Shown: positions 27,624 through 33,837 of the stretch, in pieces
Layout of the letters: each line of letters opens with the position of its first letter
Position numbering within the stretch: position 1 is the stretch's first letter
Origin: an uncultured Moraxellaceae bacterium
GTDB lineage: Bacteria; Pseudomonadota; Gammaproteobacteria; Pseudomonadales; Moraxellaceae
Length of the DNA stretch: 33,837 nt
Direction: 5' to 3'
Assembly (NCBI GenBank): GCA_964347985.1
Contig: CAYGBB010000001.1
Span: 1-33,837, forward strand
The notes under the pieces: generated by a model
What the model was told of the DNA's origin: nothing
The model's database searches: none
The model's input: only the letters and a program-made list of their open reading frames with translations
Program-made: the position numbers and the translations under genes

Positions 27624-29992
27624 CAGAGTCGGCTCCCGGGAACAGTGGTACCGGGCCTTGTGCCCGTGATTGGTAACCAGCGACGCAATATGTCCAGCAG
27701 TTCGGCACGCCGGAATGGTTTGCCCAACACATCATCCATGCCGGATTCCATGCAGGCGGCGCGTTCGTCGGCCAGAACACTCGCGGTCACTGCCACGATA
27801 GGAATATAGCGCTTCCGGCCAGCATTGTTATCGGCATCCCGTATGAGCCGGGTTGCGGCAAAGCCATCCATTTCCGGCATTTGGCAATCCATCAGGATCA
27901 GGTCGTATTCCTGCGTGGCCCAGGCCTCAACGGCTTCTCGACCATTGGTGACGATGTCCACGGTACATCCCAGTCCGCGCAACATGGCCTTGGCGACTTC
28001 CTGATTTGTAGGAGTGTCTTCTGCGAGCAGAATACGGAGTCCTTCCCAGGCGGGATCTGGTCGCCGGGAGGGAGACTGGCTTTCATCGACCGGGTTTGTT
28101 TCAAGGCAGCTACGCATGGCCTCATAAATCTCGTGGGTGCGTGCCGGCTTGTTCAGGTGATGTGAAAAGCCTGTGGTGCGTGCGGTGAGCAGGTCTCCGG
28201 GATTCAGCAGGGAAGTCAGCAGGATCAGACGTACACTGGAAAGTGTGGGATCTGTTTTAATCGCAAGGCCAAGGGCAATGCCATCCATTTCCGGCATTTG
28301 CATGTCGATAAGGGCAAAGTCGTATGGGAGGCCATTGTTTTGCGCGGCGCGCAGGGTTGCCAGGGCACTGGCGGCATTGCCCACCGTATCGCAGTGCATG
28401 CCCAGCATGCTGGTCTGGTGCTTGAGGATTTCCTGATTGGTTGGATGGTCGTCCACGACCAGCACTCGCAAGCCATTCAGGTCCGCAGTCATGCCTGAGG
28501 TAATCATTGTTTCCGAGGGCTGCAGCGTCAGGCTGAAGCGAAAGTGAGTGCCTTGGTCAGGGATGCTGTCGACCTGAATGCTTCCTCCCATCAGCTCTAC
28601 GAGTTGTTTCACAATCGCCAGACCGAGTCCGGTACCACCAAAGCGGCGGGCATGTGAGCTGTCCGCCTGAACAAAGGGCTTGAAAAGCTGTTGCAGGGTT
28701 GAGGCATCCATGCCGATACCGGTGTCATGCACGCCGAAAAGCAGGCGAGTGGTCTGGGCTGTGTCGACAGCAATCGACACAACCACCGCCCCCCGTTCGG
28801 TAAACTTGATGGCATTGCTCACCAGGTTGAGCAGGATCTGGCGCAGCCGGTGCGGGTCGCCCTTGACGGCCATCGGTACGTTGGAGTCAATCCGGCTGGC
28901 CAGCTCAAGGCCCTTGCGATGTGCGCGTTCTGCCAGCAACCCCACAACGTCTTCAGTGATCTGCGACGGGCTGAAGTCGATTGATTCCAGCTCCATTTTT
29001 CCCGCCTCGATTTTCGAGAAGTCGAGAATGTCATTGATGATGGTGAGCAGTGCCTCGCCGGAGTTGTGAGCGGTCTCGGCATAGCGCCGCTGCGTAGAAG
29101 AAAGGTCACTGTCCAGCAACAGTTCGGTCATGCCCAGTACCCCATTCATGGGGGTACGTATTTCATGACTCATGGTGGCCAGAAACTGTGACTTTGCACG
29201 GTTGGCTGTTTCTGCCGCATGACTGGCGTCGCGCAGTTCATGTGTGCGTTCCTCCACCAGCTGCTCCAGGCTTTCCCTGTGTCGCTTGAGTTCGGCATCA
29301 CGCAGTTCAATCTGCTCCAGCATTTCGTTGAAGCTGTCGACTAGATGACCGATTTCATCCTGACCACCAGGTTGTGCGCGCAGTGAGTAGTTCTTCTTTA
29401 ATGATACTTTTTCTGCCAGATTGGCGAGATCAACAATCGGTGTGGTCACAAACCGGCGCAATCGCATGCCGAGGATAGTGGTGATGGTCAGTGCAGCCAT
29501 TGCGAGAAGGGCCATCACTAGCAAATAGAACAGCAGGGTGCGCCAGACCGATGAAATATCGGCAGTAATATAGAGCGTGCCCAGTTGCTCGCCTTCAAGA
29601 AGGATGGGTTCGCTGACATGTACATGACCACTGAAATATTGTGTGACGCCGGTCATGTTGTGATGACAGTGGAAATCCTTGCTTTTGTGCAGCTGCAGGA
29701 TGGTGAATATCTTGCCATTTGTAACAACGCAGGCATGCATGACGGAGGGGTCTGCCTGCAGTGAGCCAAGCAAGGCATTTGTTTCTTTTACATCCATGAA
29801 TGCCAGGGCCGCTTGCACATTGTAGGCGGTGGCACGTGCAAGCGTGGAGAGTCGCGTACTGGTGTCGTCATACAGCTTGATGGACGCCACGACAGCAAAG
29901 ATCAGCCAGGCCACCAACAGGGCGGATCCCGCAGACAGAAGCAGAATGCGCATGAATTTCTGGTGCAGGGGTAGGTCACGTAAGTGTGTCAT
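27623..29992 (-). CDS. Hybrid sensor histidine kinase (CHASE8-like periplasmic domain, HAMP, HisKA, HATPase, two receiver domains)
   Basis: The periplasmic segment between two TM helices is [40 protein letters not shown]. It also has a HAMP domain, H-box [16 protein letters not shown] and N/G boxes [25 protein letters not shown]. The receiver domains are VLVVDDHP...[10 protein letters not shown] and ILLAEDTP...[10 protein letters not shown]. Confidence 0.9.
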   Translation of the reverse strand: MTHLRDLPLHQKFMRILLLSAGSALLVAWLIFAVVASIKLYDDTSTRLSTLARATAYNVQAALAFMDVKETNALLGSLQADPSVMHACVVTNGKIFTILQLHKSKDFHCHHNMTGVTQYFSGHVHVSEPILLEGEQLGTLYITADISSVWRTLLFYLLVMALLAMAALTITTILGMRLRRFVTTPIVDLANLAEKVSLKKNYSLRAQPGGQDEIGHLVDSFNEMLEQIELRDAELKRHRESLEQLVEERTHELRDASHAAETANRAKSQFLATMSHEIRTPMNGVLGMTELLLDSDLSSTQRRYAETAHNSGEALLTIINDILDFSKIEAGKMELESIDFSPSQITEDVVGLLAERAHRKGLELASRIDSNVPMAVKGDPHRLRQILLNLVSNAIKFTERGAVVVSIAVDTAQTTRLLFGVHDTGIGMDASTLQQLFKPFVQADSSHARRFGGTGLGLAIVKQLVELMGGSIQVDSIPDQGTHFRFSLTLQPSETMITSGMTADLNGLRVLVVDDHPTNQEILKHQTSMLGMHCDTVGNAASALATLRAAQNNGLPYDFALIDMQMPEMDGIALGLAIKTDPTLSSVRLILLTSLLNPGDLLTARTTGFSHHLNKPARTHEIYEAMRSCLETNPVDESQSPSRRPDPAWEGLRILLAEDTPTNQEVAKAMLRGLGCTVDIVTNGREAVEAWATQEYDLILMDCQMPEMDGFAATRLIRDADNNAGRKRYIPIVAVTASVLADERAACMESGMDDVLGKPFRRAELLDILRRWLPITGTRPGTTVPGSRL

Positions 29993-30540
29993 TTTTCCCC
30001 CGACCGCGGTGTACGGGCTAGTTGCAGCATTCGGGCGCTGATTTTCAGGCCGGCCTGCTGTGCGGTATCGAGATTGATCATGAACTGCACCCGGTTTGAT
30101 TCCACAAACAGCTCGATCATGCCGCCATTGTGGGTGAAGTCCGGAGCATCACTTACCGTGAGGGTGGCATTATTGGCAGAAGGCTTGAGCAACTGTGCTA
30201 GCTGGCGTGCCTTGTCCCGCGTAATGAACATGACATGACAACCGGCCTGATCGTCTGCCGGTTCGAGGAGGCGTACCTGCAGCAGATGTCCCTGAGCCTC
30301 ACGGCCATGCAGTTGACGCAGCCTGTTACCAATGTCGTTCTTGCCCATGATGCAGATTTGCATGGGGGCTTCGGGCGCCAGGGCTGTAGTCGGCCATTCC
30401 ACGAACTTGGTGAAGTTGTAGATGAAGGCGGCCTTGACATCTGTTTCCGAGCTGCCTGCATTGGCCAAATCAGCCTGAAGCAACCAGAAAGCAGACGCCA
30501 AAGTCCCGAGCAGCTGCCTGCCTTTTGTCATGGTTTTCAC
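29989..30540 (-). CDS. YfiR-family (DUF4154) periplasmic protein
   Basis: It has a signal peptide ending LANA, and [16 protein letters not shown] is the family hallmark. The stop overlaps the kinase start (ATGA). The start is GTG 30540 or ATG 30531. Confidence 0.8.
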   Translation of the reverse strand: MKTMTKGRQLLGTLASAFWLLQADLANAGSSETDVKAAFIYNFTKFVEWPTTALAPEAPMQICIMGKNDIGNRLRQLHGREAQGHLLQVRLLEPADDQAGCHVMFITRDKARQLAQLLKPSANNATLTVSDAPDFTHNGGMIELFVESNRVQFMINLDTAQQAGLKISARMLQLARTPRSGEK

Positions 30541-30640
30541 GGATAGGGGGGTGTTTTTACTGAGTGTAGTTGTTTTTGGGGGGGAGAAGCTGGTTTTTTA
30601 TATCAGGCTGGAAGGGTAGTGGCAGGCAGGGATGACGGGC

Positions 30641-30672
30641 AAAAAAAACGGCCGCATGTGCGGCCGTTTTTT
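30641..30672 (-). terminator. Rho-independent terminator after the dioxygenase gene
   Basis: AAAAAAAACGGCCGC-ATGT-GCGGCCGTTTTTT lies 16 nt beyond the stop at 30688. It uses the same stem as the terminators at 25407 and 33609. Confidence 0.85.
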
Positions 30673-30687
30673 ATCTTGCAGAGGGTG

Positions 30688-33435
30688 TTACTTGTCTTCG
30701 CTACGCTGGTGCTTGAAGAACACACCGTTGTCACCGAAGGCAGACACGATCAGCGGGGAGGTCAGCTCCAGTTCACCAATCTTCTTGGCACTGGCACGAC
30801 GGTCCTTTGCATACTGCGTGTTGGTGGACGGGAAGATGGAAGTCTTGATTTCCATCGAGGTGGCGTAGACGTCATACAGCTTCGAGCCGGCACCCAGGGT
30901 GGCCAGGTCGTGACGGAAGTCATGCGGGGTGGAGACAAACTTCGTCTTCACTTCAGGACGCGGCACAAAGTAGATCTGTGTCGGTGCCTTCGGTGTAGCT
31001 ACAGTGGCGCCGGCCTGTGTCACTTCTGACATGTCGTTCATGATCACGAGGGTCGGCTTGGTGCTGACGGCCGAGAACAGGATGGTGGAGCCCAGTTCGT
31101 TGGCATCGGTCGATACATAGTTCGACAGTTCGTTGGCAAAGAAGTTGTAGTTGGTACCCTGACCGGCCAGCGTGTAAAGCGCAGACACGTTTTCCGATGG
31201 CTTGCCGTTCACAAGAGCCTTCCAGGCCAGACCAGGCTGGAACTTGTTGCTTGCAGCCGGATTCTCAGTGACGGACAGACGCAGCAGGCCGTAGTCCGAG
31301 CCCTGGAACAGGCCCGTGTAGCCGTTGGCGGCAACTGGTACAAACTTCACCTTGGCCATGGCAGCATGACGGTGGATCGGCTTGACGTAGTCGGCAGGGG
31401 CGACATCAGTACGGGTCTGCACCTTCTTCCAGAGGATGGAGCTGATCAGGCCGCCAGTATCCGTTTCTGCCAGGGCAGGCATGGTGGTCTTGTACTGTGT
31501 GCGCTTGGCACCGTTCACCCAGAGGTGATCGGCCTTGGCGCTGGCATTCCAGCTTTCGTAGTCAGCGGTCATGTTCAGGCCCCAGGGCTTGAAGGCATTT
31601 TCCACTCCAGTCAGGCTGAGTGCCAGTTCCGGGTTGTGACGCTTGATCACATCCACCATGGTGGTGTTTTCGACCCAGTCGTAACCTACCTGGGTGTACA
31701 CCTCAGGACGGTAGTCCTTGGTGTAGAAGCGGTCAGTCATCAGACGACGCGAAGCGTTCAGGATAAAGATCTGGAAGGCGGTTTCACCGAAGGCGAAGCC
31801 ATCCGGACGGGTGGTTTCCGCCATGATGCCGACGATGGTATCGATCTTCTCGATATCGTTGCTGTAGATACGCTTCAGGTTGGCCAGTGTCGCCGGATCG
31901 GTCGTCAGGTCTTCGAACTTCGTGATCGGGTTCAGCTGGATCTGGCGGCGGAACTCGTTGTAACGCGGAACACCTCGCTCGCGGTCACGCAGGATGTCGG
32001 TCGTTGCCAGATCGATGTTGCCGACCAGCGGGATATCCAGGTTGCGCAGGAAGTTCGGGTAGTTGTTCAGGGTCAGCGAACCCGGGTTGGTAATACCGAA
32101 GGAGTACCACATGCGCGACGGGGTTTCCGTGTTCAGCATGTTCTCGGCCTTGCCTTCGCGGGTGTCCGGCAGGGAAACGGTCTTGACCGGAGTATTGTCA
32201 CCAATGTCGTAAACCTGGACATTGTCACGCATCAACGGGTGCATGCGGTACACGGAAACAAACTCTTCGGTCAGGGTATACGGGACGCCATAGTTGTTCG
32301 GGTTGGCCGAACCGACCAGGCCAGCAATGGCGTGATCCAGCGTGCCGCTACCGACATTACCAGCGAGGTTGGAGTCAGTACCGAGGATGGTCTTGATGAA
32401 CGAGTCGGTCTTGGACAGGTCTTCGTACCACTGGCGGGTTTCTGCCTGGTACTTGTCACGGCCTGAAGCGTTACCGATGAGGCCCCACCAGTTGGCGTAC
32501 ATGGCGCGCTCGGTGACCGGGTTGGCGATCACGGCAGGTGTCCATTCCACCGTGTGGATTTTCGCCATCAGTGCAGAGGTGACCAGACGGGCCTTGTCAT
32601 ACAGCCACTGGTCGGATGCGGTCGGGTACGTCTGCTTCAGCCGGGTGGCAATGGCATTGTGTTCCTTGGTGAAGATCTGATGCAGCATGCTCAGACCAAC
32701 CCACCAGTTGTCGTTGAAGCCGGTAACCGGCTTGCCGTTCAGGAGTTCGGTCGGCAGGGTGCCATTGGCATTGATTTTCAGCTTGCCGTCGACAAAGGAA
32801 CGGATCTTGTCGTTCTGGGCCTTGCTGCTGCCATACAGCTGCGAGCCATCCCACCAGTGGGTGTTGTGGTTGCGGTAAGTGTTGATCTTGCCGGCGTCGG
32901 CGGCTGTACGATCCCAGTCGGCCTTGGTACGACGAACATCGAGATAGCCGGTGCCGAGGGCATCACCGGAGGGCAGGGGTACCTTGATCGGGTTGGTGGA
33001 CGGGTTGGGGCCGTGATCCACCCAGTCGTGCACCATGAACTGGATCCATGACGCTGCGATGAAGTTCAGGCTGGGGGCCGGCTTGAAGGGGCCACGGGCC
33101 ATCAGGGTGTTACTGACCTCACGGGGGTTGGGGCTCAGCAGGCCGGTTGCTTCGGTTTCACCCGCAGCAACGGTCGGGTTAACGTTGCGGCCAAAACGCA
33201 CATAGACCGAGCCTTCGGCCGGGTTTGACAGGATGTTGCAGGTACCGTCTTCGGTACGTGCCGTCAGGCTGCGTGTGTCGCAGGTGATGGTGCTGTTGCG
33301 TTTAGGATAGTCCTCGAGGTCAAACATGTTTTCGTCAAGGAGATTGCCGCGCTCTACGGCCAGTGTGATAAGGCCGGCCGCGATACCCAGCGTGCCGAAC
33401 TTGGTCAGTGCTGGCCAAGTTACCCAAATTGCCAT
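30688..33435 (-). CDS. Fatty-acid alpha-dioxygenase / cyclooxygenase-type haem protein (animal haem peroxidase superfamily) fused to a C-terminal domain of about 270-290 aa of unknown function
   Basis: GAGGGA lies 7 nt before the ATG and the N-terminus carries a hydrophobic anchor. Residues about 50-620 are colinear with plant alpha-DOX. Shared motifs are RTEDGTCN, RFGRN, AASWIQFMVHDWVDH, WWDGSQLYG, FTKEHNAI, ARLVTSALMAKIHTVEWT, PYTLTEEFVSVYRMH (catalytic Tyr context), RDRERGVPRYNEFRR and GETAFQIFILNASRRL. The ORF continues without a stop for 294 more residues. Confidence 0.9.
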   Translation of the reverse strand: MAIWVTWPALTKFGTLGIAAGLITLAVERGNLLDENMFDLEDYPKRNSTITCDTRSLTARTEDGTCNILSNPAEGSVYVRFGRNVNPTVAAGETEATGLLSPNPREVSNTLMARGPFKPAPSLNFIAASWIQFMVHDWVDHGPNPSTNPIKVPLPSGDALGTGYLDVRRTKADWDRTAADAGKINTYRNHNTHWWDGSQLYGSSKAQNDKIRSFVDGKLKINANGTLPTELLNGKPVTGFNDNWWVGLSMLHQIFTKEHNAIATRLKQTYPTASDQWLYDKARLVTSALMAKIHTVEWTPAVIANPVTERAMYANWWGLIGNASGRDKYQAETRQWYEDLSKTDSFIKTILGTDSNLAGNVGSGTLDHAIAGLVGSANPNNYGVPYTLTEEFVSVYRMHPLMRDNVQVYDIGDNTPVKTVSLPDTREGKAENMLNTETPSRMWYSFGITNPGSLTLNNYPNFLRNLDIPLVGNIDLATTDILRDRERGVPRYNEFRRQIQLNPITKFEDLTTDPATLANLKRIYSNDIEKIDTIVGIMAETTRPDGFAFGETAFQIFILNASRRLMTDRFYTKDYRPEVYTQVGYDWVENTTMVDVIKRHNPELALSLTGVENAFKPWGLNMTADYESWNASAKADHLWVNGAKRTQYKTTMPALAETDTGGLISSILWKKVQTRTDVAPADYVKPIHRHAAMAKVKFVPVAANGYTGLFQGSDYGLLRLSVTENPAASNKFQPGLAWKALVNGKPSENVSALYTLAGQGTNYNFFANELSNYVSTDANELGSTILFSAVSTKPTLVIMNDMSEVTQAGATVATPKAPTQIYFVPRPEVKTKFVSTPHDFRHDLATLGAGSKLYDVYATSMEIKTSIFPSTNTQYAKDRRASAKKIGELELTSPLIVSAFGDNGVFFKHQRSEDK

Positions 33436-33516
33436 GGTGATGTCCCTCTTCCTTATTTCTTCTGGATTTTTATTGGGGTGCTGATGTCATCAGTCGCCAG
33501 CGAGTCTAGAGAGTGA

Positions 33517-33548
33517 GGGTGGGGGGTGCCCCACCCCTTGGAGGGGGG
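33517..33548 (-). promoter_or_regulatory. GC hairpin plus C-rich CCAAGG box in the dioxygenase upstream/leader region
   Basis: GGGTGGGG-GGTG-CCCCACCC forms an 8-bp all-GC/AT-perfect stem (33517-33536). It abuts the motif CCCCCTCCAAGG on the coding strand (33547-33536). Confidence 0.3.
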
Positions 33549-33608
33549 AATTCGTCTGTAAAAGTGATTATTGGTGACTTGAAAGTCTTCAAATGTGACT
33601 TGATGGAT

Positions 33609-33638
33609 AAAAAAACGGCCGCATAGGCGGCCGTTTTT
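33609..33638 (-). terminator. Rho-independent terminator after the htpX-like gene
   Basis: The sequence is AAAAAAACGGCCGC-ATAG-GCGGCCGTTTTT. On the minus strand a U run of 7 follows the stem. Confidence 0.8.
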
Positions 33639-33680
33639 CTTGTTGCAGGGTTATTTGCGCAATAACCAGAGGAAACACAC

Positions 33681-33837
33681 TTACATGATTTGCTGGTTCT
33701 GCAGTGCCTGGATACGGACTTCCAGCGGTGGATGCGACATGAACAGCTTGGCCAGGCTGAAACCTTCCAGCTTGCCGGTGGTGATGGCCAGCGCCGTCAT
33801 CTCGGCAGGCATCTGGTCGGGCAGCTCATGCTCGGCC
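33681..33837 (-). CDS. htpX: M48-family zinc protease (HtpX-like), C-terminal 52 codons; 5' end outside window
   Basis: The hand translation of the minus strand is ..[51 protein letters not shown]. The LF.SHPPL..RI.AL tail is typical of HtpX/M48 peptidases. Confidence 0.6.
   Translation of the reverse strand, partial: AEHELPDQMPAEMTALAITTGKLEGFSLAKLFMSHPPLEVRIQALQNQQIM

Noticed and set aside
30545-30592. Homopolymeric G runs as phase-variation switches: G6 and G7 here, plus further G runs of about 6-7 near 23000, 33543 and 14910
   Set aside because: Runs of 6-7 are shorter than the tracts (usually 8 or more) that give appreciable slipped-strand switching. They lie outside coding regions. 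I recorded them only as part of the C-rich upstream motif observation.
31366-32466. 366-aa ORF on the plus strand inside the dioxygenase gene
   Set aside because: It is an antisense shadow of a strongly codon-biased gene. Its translation is Gly/Val/Arg/Asp-rich with no recognisable motif. The minus-strand frame carries the full alpha-DOX motif series.
20147-33660. The haem-enzyme/sensor cluster as a mobile genomic island
   Set aside because: There is no integrase, transposase, tRNA, direct-repeat boundary or obvious compositional break. The dioxygenase gene looks codon-adapted to a host rather than foreign.

Overview
This is a moderately GC-rich chromosomal window of Gram-negative (proteobacterial) type. 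It holds about 27 protein genes and no rRNA, tRNA, CRISPR array, transposase or integrase. All calls come from reading the six-frame translations and the DNA by eye; no database search was run. Positions 1-20.1 kb look like ordinary chromosome. They carry the recD 3' end, a stand-alone cNMP-binding protein, and a loose group of a YdeN-type hydrolase, a PhaC-like hydrolase, a nitronate monooxygenase, a YdjA-like nitroreductase and a YiiD-type thioesterase. They also carry two TetR genes with a two-component RND pump (no outer-membrane factor gene), a short ModE gene plus modABC with a textbook operator, two L,D-transpeptidases, a pirin, a small unlisted ORF and an AcoX-like kinase. Positions 20.1-33.5 kb are the part worth attention. 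A MalT-like LuxR regulator sits next to a secreted IPT + di-haem cytochrome c (CCP/MauG-like) protein. A translationally coupled yfiR-like / CHASE8-type hybrid histidine kinase / TonB-dependent receptor operon follows. Beside it is a 915-aa fatty-acid alpha-dioxygenase/cyclooxygenase-type haem protein with an extra ~270-290 aa C-terminal domain that shows faint catalase-like motifs. My hypothesis is that this is a haem-dependent lipid-oxygenation (oxylipin-type) production and sensing locus. I am not aware that this composition has been described. The two haem-enzyme genes share a C-rich CCAAGG motif in their upstream regions, and three near-identical hairpin terminators punctuate the locus.
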